Assembly: GCA_035221665.1 (NCBI GenBank)
Contig: CM069151.1
Location: 29,512,001-29,576,000, forward strand
DNA length: 64,000 nt
Direction of reading: 5' to 3'
Source: Okamejei kenojei
Taxonomy: Eukaryota
Below are positions 25,453 to 39,436 of this stretch, piece by piece. A program made the position numbers and the translations under genes. The notes below the pieces were generated by a model, which saw only the letters and a list, made by a program, of their open reading frames with translations, searched no databases and was not told the DNA's origin. How positions within the stretch are numbered: the stretch's first letter is position 1; every line of letters starts with the position of its first letter.

Positions 25453-26010
25453 AGATAGACACAAAGTGCTGGAGTAACTCAGCGAGTCAGGCAGCATCTT
25501 TAGAGAAAATGGATAGGCAGCGTTTCTGGTCGGGATTTTTCATCAGAGTGAATGTAGTGGGGGGGAACTGGAAGTGAGACAAAAAGCAGCACAATTTGGG
25601 GCCGGCAACAGCTGACCTCAGGCAAAGGAAGTTCCCTGTTAGGCTGATTGTTTGCTAGCGACAGTCTGAGCTCAAGAGGGATATATAGTTGTGAACTGTA
25701 CATCTGGTTAACGGAGGAAGATCGGGTGGAGGAGGAGGTGTTTGTAGTAGTTACCTGAAATTGGAGAATTCAACGTTCATACTGTTGGGTAGCAAGCTAT
25801 CCTAACAAAATATGAGGTACTGTTCTAATTTGTGTGTGTGGCCTCATTCTGGCAATGGAGGAGGCCCAAGACTCTGTGGGAATTGAAAGGGGAGTTAAAG
25901 TGGTTAGCAACCGGAAGATCCATTAGGCCTTGGCGGACCAACGCAAGTATTCAGCGAAATGGTAATCGAGTCTACACTTTGCCTCGCCGATGTACAGGAG
26001 GACGTATTGG
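25453..26010 (-). mobile_element. Penelope-like retroelement 3' fragment (degenerate GIY-YIG endonuclease plus terminal repeat)
   Basis: reverse complement resembles 46258-46760 (ttacctgaaattggagaattcaacgttcat..., gcctcgccgatgtac = YIGE motif on the minus strand), followed by the terminal repeat. Confidence 0.75.
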
Positions 26011-27199
26011 GAACACCGGATACAGTAGCTGCATTGATGCAAATACATTGGAAAAAACTGAGTACAAACTTTGTGGAAATGGCATTGTACGTAGACATTT
26101 TCAAAAAAGCCAGTTTTTCCCCATTTGGTAAAATTCCCAACAGAAATGTTGAAGTGTTTCTGCAGTTTTGCCAGTTTGCTTGTTATACTACATGTCAGAG
26201 AGGCTGCTGAAGGAAACTCCTTCCAGAGCTAAGTGCACAGTAAACACACCTGATGCATTGACTGTCTTTAATTAACTAGCAAACTAACAGTGGATGGAGG
26301 TAACTGGAATTATGTACTGACTTGAAAACTTCAATTTTATTTTTTCACTAGAAATTTATTTTTAAACCTAAATTAATCCATGTAATATCATACAAGGAGG
26401 TGAGCATGCCTGAGTGTGTGAAATACATAGTAGAAAGATTGCTTTTCCTAAGAGAGTAATAATTAGGGATTGAAATTTGCCAAACTTAAAGGTAAATGAT
26501 AAATCATCACAAAAGTAAGTTTCACAAATAATTCTGTGTGATTAATATCAGGCATTGGTACTTGGGAGATAGAAAAAAAACACTTTAATTCCACTTCAGA
26601 AGCCCATGGATGCACAAAGAATTGGTGATGGTCTTGGCCATTTCTCTCAGCTGGTTCAACAGATACAATGCCTCTTCTCTACACAAAGTTTATAGTTACC
26701 AAGAGTGTCAATAAAATGCACAAGGTTTTTCAGGCCTCAGATGCCTAGGGTGCTTCAACTCCCGTGCTGAGGAGGGGGTTAGCTTGTCTCGCTACACAGA
26801 TGTCAGTATGTACTTTTTGTTAGTGCATGCCTGGAGCTGTAAAGGTCCAGTATTCCGTCCATGCTTTACCATGTGTCATTAATCACAGAATTGATACCCA
26901 ACCTTTGAACATAGCAATCCCACCCTGAAAGGACATTCATTAACTATCCTTAGAGCTTGAAGAACTGCCGCCGATCTCTCTTTGTCAAAGGAGTATTCAT
27001 TGTTGCTGGTGAGGACAGGCGGTCATGAGTTTTCCGCACAGCTGTCAGCGAGGGCATATCTCCTCATGAGCCCATCATTAATTACTGTGCAACCGGTCAG
27101 GATCACCATTTCATTAAAACACTTGTGCCTTGAGCAAGTGTGCACAAAGAAACCAGCTACATAGGAAACATACAACATTTTGTATTTTGCACTGCCTTG

Positions 27200-28390
27200 T
27201 TGAGGAACAATTCCCATCTCAAATGCAGGAACAAGCATCTAAGGTGTATTTGAAATCTTCCCCTCTCACCATGAACCAACACTCTCTCTGGTTAAAAACA
27301 CGTCTACCCTGGAGTAAAGACTGGTTGTTCATCTATATCTCTTGCCCTTGTGATTTTATCGTCCGTGATTTTATACATCCCTCAGCCTCTTATGCTCCAA
27401 GGAGAAAGGACCCAGCCTATTCAGCCGCTTCCCATAACTCCAACCCTCCAGACCTGGTATAATCTTTGTAAATGTTATTGCACTCTGCATTCAGAGGAAT
27501 ATGGGCCAAATGTGGGTAGGCAGGACTAGTGTCGATGGGACATCTTGGTCAGCATGGGCAAGTTGGGCCAAAGGGCCTGTTTCTATGCTGTATGTCTCTA
27601 TGAACCCTTCATGTGCAATGACATCCTTCCATAACAAGGCAACCAGCACTGCAAAAGTACTCCAAATATGTTCTACCAGCAGTAACAAGATGTCTCCAAC
27701 TCCTGATCTTGATACCCAGAGTGATGAAGGCAAGCATGGAGACAGCTTATTTGCCACCCTCACCACATTCAGGGAACTTTAGTGTGTGAATCATTGGGTC
27801 TCGCTGCCTACCACACTGCCCAGGACTGTGTAAGTCCTGCCCTGCTAAATCTTACCACCATTCCACACTTCCCATTTTTCTGAAGAAATTCCATCAGTCA
27901 TTCCCCAGCCCAGTTGATCAAGATCCTATTGTAATCTTAGATAAACTTCTTGACTGTCCACTGCACCACCGATGTTAGTGTTATCTGCAATCTTATTAAC
28001 CATGCCACCTACCTTCACGTACAAATCATTAATTATAAATAATGAACAACAGTGGACCCAGCACTAATCCCTGATGTACACCACCTGTTACAACCATCTA
28101 CTATGAGTCTGTCTCCTACCTTCAACCCACTGGCATATCCAGTTAGCTGTCCCTGGATCCAATGTGATTAAAATATGAATTCAAATATGAATTCAAAACC
28201 ATATGCCTAATTAGTCCTTACCTATCCGATTGCATGTAGATCCTATTTCTCAGAATCCCCTCCAGTGCTCACTGCTCACCAGCCTGTAGTTCCCAGCTTT
28301 TCCTTAGAGACCTTCTTAAATAGAGGCATAACATCGGCTACCATCCAGTCTTCCGCTACCTCACTGGTGTACATCAATAATATAAATATC
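27200..28390 (-). mobile_element. older CR1-type LINE, RT-domain and 3' fragments, with a nested + strand LINE tail at 27497-27602
   Basis: minus-strand GVHQGLVLGPLLF and GMVNKIADNTNIGGAVDSQEVYLRLQ*DLDQL (degenerate GVPQGSVLGP / KFADD motifs). Confidence 0.75.
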
Positions 28391-31300
28391 TGTGTTGGGA
28401 CTGAAAAATAATTTCATATTGTCAATATTTAATAATCCAGTCATTTGATAGGCCTAAATGAGGTGCAGCAGATGCCCCTGTAAGATCACATTGGTCAATG
28501 GTTAATATGGGGAGGCAGTCAAGCTCATGTGTTGTGGTCCTTTTGTTAGCTGGACAGCCCCCATGAAATGAGCACGAACAAGATGGAATCGAGACTCCCT
28601 CATGTTTTCCACACAAATTCATGTACCCGTGTCTCAGGTTGTTCTATGCAGTCTGTTATAGTCACCCACAAACCAGAATCCCCGCCTAACCTTAATGCCC
28701 ATGGTCTTTAAACTTTGAACTTTAGTGATGGACACTATTCTCAAGGCCATAGCAATTGTGACGCCATAAGAGAGGGGAGGGAGGACTTATCCCTTCTATG
28801 CCACCTTGCTCCAAACTCATTGGTGAGAAATTAATATTGGGAAGCACGGCTGAAAAACACTGAACAAACATCAGCTGTGTGCACTGGAGAATTCTGCCCA
28901 TAAATTCTGAATCTTATTGAGTGGCCTATTTGATAGTCATCTTTCTGGCTTATGCAGTCAACCGTAATTTCACCTGCTTGTCTGATTTTGTTTTGCTCAC
29001 CTTAGGAAGTTAATAAATCTTTCATCGTTGCAATTTATAACACCACTTGTGTGGCGTCTAAAGTGTGGAATTGTTTCTCATCATTCCGTTCCTCAGACAT
29101 CACCACCCTTTCAGTTTTGAAGTCCCCGTATAATTGTTACCAGAGCAACAGCACCTCTTTCAATCTCAACGAAAATTAAACTGTCAAGGCCACTTCTACA
29201 GCTACATTTATCTGAAATGTTGCCAATTCTTCCAACACCTTCCTACAGAGCTTCATATGGATTTGTCATGCATTTAATACAGTAGGCAAACTGAAATGTT
29301 CCAGCCTAAATCCTAGACATTCCTCATTCTTTAATCTTCTTTGTCAAATTGCTGCAGCTTTGAGGCAAGCTTTTTAATCAAATATCCTTCTGTCCTATTT
29401 TTTCACACCCTGTTTTCACATTTCCATATCAGAGGTTTACACAACATCCTGAAATCACAATCCTTCAACCGCTATAAAATGACATTCCACTGGAACATAT
29501 ATTTTATGGTAAATCTATTGATAAGCAAACTCGCAGGGTAAATGTAATCTATGAACCACCATCACTTATGGTCTGTTTGTAACACATTTGACAACATGAA
29601 ACATTTTTTAAATAATTGCTCATCAGTGATTTTTCAGCAGAAATCTCTCTCACTACACTTGTGTGGTCATTAAACATTTAAATATTTTTAATATTTTAGT
29701 TTCAAATTTCATTTGGCAAATATTAAATTGTTATAATTATATGATATTATTTTATATTTGGGCATATATAAAAATATGTTATTATTATTATTTCACGTTT
29801 GTCATATACGTAGTTGGAATTTGCCTGGTATTTGTTCGTGTGCTCCTGAAGAGTTTAATTTAAATAGGCATTAATTTAGCAAGCAGTGGCAAAGTGACTG
29901 CACCTGCTGCTAAGATCGCAGATCTCGTGATTGCTATGGCACCAATTTCTCTTTCCCCCAACTGTAATTATGATGCCGTGAAGCCGACCGTGTTTTTAAA
30001 TACGTTGACGATTTTGCACGGGCAGCACAGCAGGAAGGAAAAAGCACGATATTTGACACACTTTGAGCACTTTGAGTATGCAAAATAAAAAATTGAACGT
30101 GCACGTTGGATTAAGGTACAACTCTCATTCATTAATATTATATAATTATAATCTGCAAAAGAAATTTGATGGAATGCTAATCTGCATAGACATGAAATTA
30201 ATTTCTTGGAGCAAGACAAAATTGCCAAGCAGTATATCAGTAAAAACTCCAGCTCATGCAAGAACACATAACTTTTTCAGGATAATTGACAGTGACCATT
30301 GCTAAATACCAGGGCACTGATTGCAGTGGGGACTGTTGAAGAAGAGCTTGTCTACAGAGAAGCACTTCCTTGCTGACAGCAGCTTTGGGATTTGTGTGTT
30401 GAACACCACATACACACAGTCCCCCGAACTTGCTGTCAGTTCCACGGTGTCATGACGGCACACATTGACAGTGGCACATTATTCCGAATGTAAAATGTGA
30501 GCCAATTATATTTTCATCATTCAAGTTAGGTCTGAATTATAGGGAGTTAATGAGCAGTTCAAATTGGGTTCATTCATATATTCAACATTTAATCAAAACT
30601 GTTTCTGTCAGTATAAACAAAACCTGTGACATTCTGCCAAGACCTCGCATTCTTTGAATATATTTATACTTTTATAGTTGTGTTCAAGGTTGGTGCTCGG
30701 TGCACTGCACTGGGGTATGGTACAGGGCATGGTCTGATTGTTGATGGGTGCAAAATTTTTTATTTAAGGATAAGCTGAATTGGTTTGAATAATGCAAACT
30801 TCAGGCAACGGCAGTAATTGATTTATCCTTTGTGTTATATGGGGATGATCAGCCATGATCACATTAAATGGCAGTGCTGGTGCGAAGGGCCGAATGGCCT
30901 ACTCCTGCACATGTTGTCTATAGTTATAAAAATAATAAATAAATACATTCACTGGGAGTTCTGGTTCTTGCAAAAGTGTTTAACATGTGCTCATTGGCAT
31001 TCACAATGGTAATTCAGACAGCTGAAAAGAATCAGCAATCCAGATTGAGAAGCAGATGAATTGAAGGGGAGGACAAAACATCAGTCTGTTCTTAGACCTC
31101 CAGATCATGAGTGTCAGAGCCTGACCATGGCAGGTATGTTAATTAAATATGAACCCACTGATGCACCAAAAAAAGGTGACATTCACAAAACAAACAAATT
31201 AATTATGCAGACTTTATTAATGCCTGATTCATAAAATCTTCTAACTTTCATTTTACAAAAATGAGTTGCTGTGTTTTCAAGGCAAATTTCAATCCCTATG

Positions 31301-33560
31301 ATTAGCCAGTAGTACTGATACAGCTGTCAAAGTCTATTTTAGATTTCTATAGAGTTTATGCATTGTTTGTTTAATCCATGACCTCTACAATCTCACTTGT
31401 GGAGTGAGCTCCACCACCACTCCCTCAGGATCTGGTACCAATATTTCAGGCATTAAGCCAACAAAGTTTACGAACACCGATTAAGCCGGAGGCAGAAATT
31501 AACAATAAACGTTGGAGATGAATTAAACCAACATTTATTTTCTCTGTGCAATATTCTGCTGTTTAAACATTCCAACCTTGATAAGCGGAATTAATTTTCA
31601 TGACTCGTGTGTTTGTAAATCAACATTGTATGTTTTGTGTGAGCGTGCAGATGTGTTATGTAGATGTGTTGATAAATCGAGTGTTCAATACTAAATGGTT
31701 AATGAGAACAAATTACAATTTCAATCTATCCTTGCCAAACCTTTGAGGTCATTAAACCACTCTGTACTCCATTTCCTTTTCTCGTCAATGTACAAAGAAA
31801 AAAGCTCCCGCATAAATAACACTGTGAATTAAATGCAGTACAAAGCTTAAATCAATTAACCCAATTATCACAACCATTTCTAAAGAAGCAGCTAAAGTTA
31901 CTAATTTTGCCCAGAAACACAGTTGTATTTTTTCTTTTGCCTGATATTCATTTTTAAGAGATTATTTAAAGGGATGATCAAGTGTATAAAGGGGGGGGGG
32001 GGGGAATGGTGTCTCCTTCCTCACTGCCAAATTAATGGAAAAATGGGGCCAACTCTATTTGCCATTTAGTTCTGAACAGTCAGGGCAAAGATATGTGATC
32101 CAGACGTGGCCTGAAAATAGAAGTAACCTGATTTCAACGATTCAATTACATCATAAACTGTGTGTTTACTTTTCAAATGGCCATCTTCATCTCAATTTAA
32201 ACTTGATCGGACAACTTTGCTTGAAAGTGTTTAAATTCTTAAGTTGCAAACAATGTTAACGTTCTTCATTGGAATTAGAAAATAAGCATACTGAATGTTC
32301 TAGATATAAAAGTTGAATATGTTTGTACTTACATTGGTTTGTTAAAGATGCTGTAGGTTAGGCAGTTGCCAGGTCATTTTAAAGTGGGTAGATGGCTAGC
32401 ATTCTGTTTGATGCAAATGATGGTTTGTAGTCCAGAACTACAAGCAAGCACTTTCAACATTTCAATTACTCTGGAATGTTGATTTTTTTTTCCCACTCAT
32501 TTATCTCATACAACCCTACTCATTGTAATAATGCCACTGAAAATATATTTCTCTTTACTTTGTTAACAATCAATACCTTCAACTTTTTAGTTGTGAAGAG
32601 GTGTAATTTCATTGTGGAATGCCCAACATTCTTCCTTCCTTTGGGGCAGTCTTTTCTTAAAAACTTGCAATAACGAGTCAACTTTGGAACACAATCAGAA
32701 GTTCGATAGGACTTTTTATACCTCAGCATGCTAACAAACCTCAATCAATGGCAAGATCCATTAACCTCTTGATCACCTGTAAAGTGTGTTGGGACAAAAT
32801 GGCAAAGGTAGAAAGATCCTTTCTTTCGTGAACGATTATCATTCAAAGCTGGTAAGTTGGGACCTAATTCTGATATCGGTGCAGTACTTGCCTCAGTGAG
32901 AAGACCCAAGCTCAATTCAAAATTGGCTCCTAGGCCTCACGATTTAAGCAAGTTGTTATTTTTTTCTGTCTGCAGAAGGAGCAAACATTGCTTTCAGCAA
33001 ATTTCAGGCAGTGGTCCTTGGGGAAGAATCAGGAGCTAGTGACTGGATGGTTGGTAATGAGATGTGCACTGAATATCACTAAAGTCTCATTGAACTAGGA
33101 AGAGTTCCCAGTGATTTCATACAAGATATTTAATTTATTGGCCCTCTGCCTGTACAACTGAATTACCCTCTCAGAGGCAGTATTGAACTGTCATCATTTT
33201 CACACTACTGACGCCTACAACTCAGCCATTGGGAGTCATTCGCAACTTTGAAAAAAATAGTTCAAAGCAGCCAGGTCAGGCATCTTTCGAGAATCTTTTT
33301 GTACAAAAATAAAGGCAGGAATAGGGGGGGCCATTCACTCCTTGCCCATTCTTGTCATTCTTGACGTTAGCTTTAGGATTCAATCACTTGATTTGCAAGC
33401 CGTAGATAGTTAATCTTGGGTTTGTGTTGCATTTAAACCCAATTCTCCATGATAATAGAATGAAGGTATACCTATAATACAAAGCAAAACATATTTAAAT
33501 TTAAATTAATTATTCTCCAGTGGAGCAGTGACTGAATTTCACAAACTCTCTTTACAAAGT

Positions 33561-33835
33561 GTGGCACGGCGGTAGAGTTGCTGCCTTATCGCGCCGGAAA
33601 CCCAGTTTTGATCCTGACTGCGGGTGCTGTCTGTCCGGAGTTTGTACATTCTCCCCATGACCTGCGTGGGTTTTCTCCGAGATCTCCCACACTCCAAAGA
33701 CGTAGGTTAATTGGCTTGGTGAAAATGTAAATTGTCCCTAGTGTGAGTAGGGTAGTGTTAATGTGCAGGGATCGCTGGTTGGTGTGGACTCAGTGGGTCG
33801 ATAGGCCTGTTTCCGCGCTGTATCTCCAAACTAAA
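33561..33835 (+). mobile_element. V-domain SINE
   Basis: gtggcacggcggtagagttgctgcc...tttgtacattctccccatgacctgcgtgggttttctcc...ggcctgtttccgcgctgtatctccaaactaaa. Confidence 0.85.
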
Positions 33836-33992
33836 ATTAATACATGCAGTAAAGAGGATGATTTCAGAGGATCAATGTGGACTTACTCAGACATCCCATC
33901 CTGACAACTGGACTGCGTTTTAACCATTGAAATACATTTCATGTTGATCGGTGTTATAATAACGCAGCAACATTGCTTTCTTATTACCTCAG

Positions 33993-34049
33993 TCAATTGG
34001 TGTCGAGATCCCAAAGGTTAATTTAAGAGAGAGACATCCGAAGGCACAG
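33993..34049 (+). CDS. CACNA2D1: alternative cassette exon, homolog of mammalian CACNA2D1 exon 18a (splice region A)
   Basis: cctcag|TCA...CAG|gtaacg; 57 nt, phase 0->0; SIGVEIPKVNLRERHPKAQ aligns without gaps to the 19-aa mammalian region A peptide PIGVGIPTINLRKRRPNIQ, at the expected position between the ...LQPK and NPKSQ... exons. Confidence 0.88.
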
Positions 34050-35270
34050 GTAACGTGGTGACAATAACAGTGGTGCTGCAAAGCTGCCAGGATTGAAGCT
34101 TTGGGAAAGAGGTTTGGCAGGCTGATGTGCAAGGGCCTAACAGTGATACTGGCTACCGAAACAATATATGAGCATGACTTTCTAAATGCCTCAATGATAA
34201 CTAATCTATTTTACTAGTTTAGAGCTAACATATGAGATAGTGGCTCTCTTAGCTGCTCTATTTGGACACAGTACGAGCTTAAAAAGAAAGTTAATATTAA
34301 AGATTACAATGGATGGTTTGCAGATATAGAAAAGTGGTTGGTTTTGCCTATGATGGGTGCTGTCAATGGTTTACCATGGACACTGCATGCATTCCTTGCA
34401 TTTGTCTGATGACCAGGGCACACATCCCTGTGTGGTGATACAACTATGGACAGTTATTTCTCTGCTTCAGGCTTGTTTGGACAGCCCATCATTGTCATTT
34501 TCCAAAGCATGACGTTTTCCTGGTAAATGCCGCTCAAACAGATGGGAAGCTGCAGCAACTAACTGTTAAAACAAGTATATTTGGCAACAAAAGAGTTAAC
34601 TGTTGCTTTAAAATGTGAATAATGCCTTACCTTTTGAATTGTTCTCAATGTATGACAGGTATTTCTACACCTTTTCCTCCATGTATATCTAAATTGTAAA
34701 TTTTTCTTCTCCGTTTGAGAGATCCAGTTGGACAATGTATCAACATCTAACATCATTGCTGGTCTTTAATCACCTATGTTGAATTATTTAATTTCCCACT
34801 TTACCTGCTTCTGATCAGTGAACTCTTCCCAAGGATAATGCTCGAAAGAGCACCTGTGGTGTCTTAAGTCCTGTTCCACTGAATAAACAATCTGTGGACC
34901 TTGCACTCGTTCTGCGTGTGGACAAGTACCTGTTCTGCATTTCCCAAATTCTCTAATGGCCTAACTGTAATAAGGTGCTCCTCGAGTGGAAACTGTGAAC
35001 CAGAACCATGTTACACTGCGCTGCCTCATAACCATACGCCAGAGAGACTGCCCCAAGGGTGTAAGCTATTGAAAGCAAATTAGTAGCATATGATAAAATT
35101 AGTTTGGTAATAATGGTAAATTCTTACAGATTGTTTTGTGAACAATGGTGAAATTTAAACCAGATTAGTACCCATGAAAATGGAATTGAAGCAATTCACT
35201 CATCCCTGATAACCGTCTGCAAAATAACTTTGTTTTCATTCTGAATATTATTGAATAAATTACTACCTGT

Positions 35271-35273
<3 letters not shown>

Positions 35274-35357
<84 letters not shown>
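35274..35357. repeat. (CA)n microsatellite, ~42 units
   Basis: uninterrupted CA run. Confidence 0.98.
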
Positions 35358-35360
<3 letters not shown>

Positions 35361-37218
35361 TTGTCCATTTAAAAATAATTTAATTAGTAATGGAATGGGA
35401 ATATTTCTTCTGTATTGAGAACAAAATTAATGATTTTGTACACTGCATTTCCAGACCATATTTCCAAACTCATTTACCATGCTACTATCTTTGAAATTTA
35501 AGAAATGTAGCTATGAAAAGTTAGTATTAAGGCTTGTGTCAATATTTCTTTGTCAGATATTCATCTTAATGTCATACTCATTTGCAGTCCAAAGCATTTG
35601 CATGAAATTTGGTGCAAGTTGATGCAAAAGAGCAAGGGCATGTGGAACCTAAATGCTATCACCTGAAATGCTTTGAATCCTTCCATTTAATGTGATATCT
35701 CTTCTATTGATTCAGTTTGTTTTTGATGTGCTGCTTGTGTCGGCTTTCTGTAGGTGTTTCTTTGAAGTACTTGCATGGGTGTGTAGTGCAAGATGGCAAT
35801 ATAAGCTTGCTGCCATTTGTTACGTTTTTGATGTATTCATTGATTAATTGAAGTACAGTGGAAGAAGCTGAGGAATCTGCAATGCATTGCTGATAATGCA
35901 CTGGAGGCTCCTGCCACGGAACTCACTCATTTAGGAATTTCATATTAACTAAAAAATAAATTGTAATGGGCATTAAATTCATTTACCAATAGATAATTAC
36001 GAGTGGCTGCGGCCTGCAATCATCTCGTGATATTCAGTCCATTTGGAGCTGAATGTGTAAAAGTGAATAAAACATTTATCCAACAATCACTTCATGTCAA
36101 AGCCAGTAGCCAAACACAGGTTTTAACCCCTATGTATTTCCAAATCTAGTTTTCACTATTCTTTCCCCACTACGGTTGCCATGAATAGGTTGGAGGCTCC
36201 TCTTCCCGAGACTAAATTTAGGCATGAAAGTTTATGAAGACACAAGAGGCCACAGATGCTGGAATCTTGAGCAAAAACAAACCGCTGGAGGAAATCAGCG
36301 GGTGAGGCAGCATGTGCGGAGGGAAATGGACAGATGACGTTTCGGGTCTCATAGAGTGTCCAGACTGACCTGAAACATCGTCTGCCTGTACCAAAACCTG
36401 TGCCTCAATTGCCAAAAATCTCACTAAATATTTCAACATGTAATCCAGCTGAAACCCCCTGAAAGATGGACTTCTCAAATGCATTGTTCTAAAGAATGCA
36501 GAGGATCTATCAAATCTTCACCAGACGTGAAATACTATGTACTTATACTGTGGGGTGGAATAAGTAAAATAAGCAGTGGATTAATGTAGAACCAGCTTAA
36601 GAATGGCCAGTGGTGAAGTCATTTTCTCTTCATTGTTTTATATCCGAACATATGCGAACAACCTTCCTTTAACACGTCCATGCCTTTATTTAAAAACAAA
36701 TCTGGGTCTTTTTCAATGAAAATGTTTCTGTTATCCCTCAGTATTGATTCCACTAATAATTACTCAGTTTCTTACTTCCTCTCTTTTTACAACAGAAGAT
36801 TCTTTTAATCTTTTGCCAGCAATTCTCTGGCTAAGGATCATTGGAAAGAAAATTGGCGATCAAGCTTTTGTAATTGATTTTTTTTTTTAGTACCCTCGGG
36901 TACCGTTCATCCGTACCTGGTGATTTACCCACTTCCAAAGATACAGAACCACATTACCCTTCCTTTTTTTATGAATCATACATTAAAGCAGACATCCCGC
37001 CCTATCCTAAGCCACATTGAGGTGGCTGACAGGATGTTATTATTACGCAGTAGCACTGATCTGCAGTTTTGCTCTAAACTGCTTGTTTCTGCCAAATCGG
37101 CCATATTATGTTTCACACGGTGTCAATGCAGTGCTGTGAACAGCAGTGGATAGCTGCAAATGGGATGTGAATTGGAACTGCATGTTATTAGGTTTCTCTC
37201 TCATCTTAACCCAACTTT

Positions 37219-37562
37219 CATAGAAACATAGAAAATAGGTGCAGGAGTAGGCCATTCAGCCCTTCGAGCCTGCACCGCCATTCAATATGATCATGGCTGA
37301 TCATCCAACTCAGTATCCCTTACCTGCCTTCTCTCCATACCCCCTGATCCCTTTAGCCACAAGGGCCACATCTAACTCCCTCTTAAATATAGCCAATGAA
37401 ATGGCCTCAAATACCTTCTGCGGCAGAGAATTCCGGAGTTTCACCACTCTCTGTGTGAAGAATGTTTTTCTCATCTCGGTCCTAAAAGATTTCCCCCTTA
37501 TCCTTAAACTGTGACCCCTTGTCCTGGACTTCCCCAACATCGGGAACAATCTTCCTGCATCT
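37219..37562 (-). mobile_element. CR1-type LINE 3' fragment
   Basis: highly similar to 4063-4490; LFPMLGKSRTRGHSLRIRGKSF; catagaaa tail. Confidence 0.9.
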
Positions 37563-38834
37563 TCAGGCTTTCTCCAGGCTTTGTCTGATATAAATGCACA
37601 CCGCAGTACACCCACTGTTATCCCTCATGTAACAGCCCAGGCTACAGGCATCTCCCACTTGCATGCACCTTTGCTCAGGGGAGGAGGAAGCTGAAGCTGA
37701 GAACAAAGCTTTGCTGTGTAGGAAGGAGCTGCAGATGCCGGTTTAAACTGAAGATAGACACAAATTGCTGAAGTAACTCAGTGGGTCAGGCAGCATCTCT
37801 CAATAGAAAAGGAATAGGTAATGTTTTGGGTCGAGTGCCTTCTTCAGACTGTTTATAGGAACCTTTGCTATTCAGATATTCAGAGGAAATTGAAAACATG
37901 TAAAGTTGGAATATCTTTTTTTAAATGTTCATTAAAACACCTTAAAACATTTAATGGAAAATAATTTGAAATACATAAAACAAAATAAGAGTTACGTAAT
38001 ATAAATATAATTATCTACCACATTTCATTGTCCAAAAACCACCATTAAAATGAAAGACCAAACTAATGCCGTATGTAATAGGTTTGGGATCAGAGAGGCA
38101 ATTTCTCAGTGACATGGAGTCCAGTTGCCCAGTGGAGTGAGAGAGGCTGTGGCATCTAAGACTTGCAATGTGCTCATGCAGGTCTGGGAAGGTGTTTCTG
38201 TCTATAACCGGGAAGATTCAGCCCATTATTTACATTGGTGCTTAACAAAGTATAATAAAATAATTTGATCAGAGTTATTGTATCCAGCCCACATTGGCCA
38301 ATTTATGTTTGGCCAAGAGTCGTTATAAAGTGGCCCAGTGTCTTCCTCTGTAAGTCATCAGTGTTATTTTGTTGCTGTCTAAGCTGCCTTTGTATGTATA
38401 ATTGCTTCTGACATTTTTTTTTTCCCCATAACCACATATTTATCGGAATGTGTTGTGACCTGCTTGCCGGATCGTATCTTGATGCATGCTGCATGGATGG
38501 TAATGTCCTGGGGTCTTTTGTGCATGGAACTGTTGTCATTTAATGCTGTTTCATTTGTTATTTAATGAAGGCAAACTGTATTGTGAAATGCATCACGGCC
38601 CACATCTCTATTGTTATGTCAGGTGCATCTACTCTGTGCAGTTGCAGCCTTCCCTGCAAGAACTGAAGAGAACATTGCTGCATTAGGCAGATGTAGGAAG
38701 GGGCTCCTTGATTCATAGATAAACACTGCAAAGACCACCAATCCACTTTGACTCCCTACATTGAACACACGTTTCACTGATGCTGTGGGAAGAGCAATTA
38801 ACAGATGTAAACTATTTGTTATTTTTTCTTGAGC

Positions 38835-39436
38835 AACAATCAAAGTGCTGGAGGCCCTCAGAGGGTCAGGCAGGATCTGTGGAGGGGAATTGACAGATGA
38901 TGTTAAGGGTCGAGACACTTCTTCAGACTTAAGGAGGATCTGAGGCGGGGTCCCGACCCGAAACGTCACCTGTCTACTCCTTCCACTAATGCTCCCTGAC
39001 CGCTGAGTTTGTTTTTTGCTCAAGGTTCCAACATCTGCAGTTCCTTGTGTCTCCTGTTAATTGTTATTGTTGATGCATATGCTTAGATGGAAGCAGAGCA
39101 ATTTGATGTGACCTTGAGTTCCATTCCTCACCTAGAAATGGTGGTTTACTTTTTCACTAAATGTGAATGGTGTGGTATAGAATTAGAAGGATGAGATCCC
39201 TCTGCTGATGGTGCGCAGATCATCATTGCACCCTCGAAAATAGACACAAAATGCTGGAGTAACTCAGTGGGACAGGCAGCATCTCCGGAGAGAAGGAATA
39301 GGTGACGTTTCGGGTCGGGACCCTTCTTCAGACTTGAAACATCACCCATTGCTTCTTTCCAGAGATGCTGCCTGAGTTATTCAAGCATTTAGTGTCTAGC
39401 CTTGATCTAAACCAGCATCTGAAATTCCTTCCTACA
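38835..39436. mobile_element. two Penelope-derived inverted terminal-repeat elements (38835-39055, 39238-39436)
   Basis: each has a forward repeat followed by an inverted copy (ggtcccgacccgaaacgtcacc; ccagagatgctgcc; aaccagcatctg). Confidence 0.65.

Noticed and set aside
36870-36925. Poly-T + AG acceptor at 36890 as an extra cassette exon
   Set aside because: The best donor (CTG|gtgatt) gives 29 nt, which frameshifts; the in-frame 9 nt option has a poor donor; no homology to known alpha2-delta inserts.
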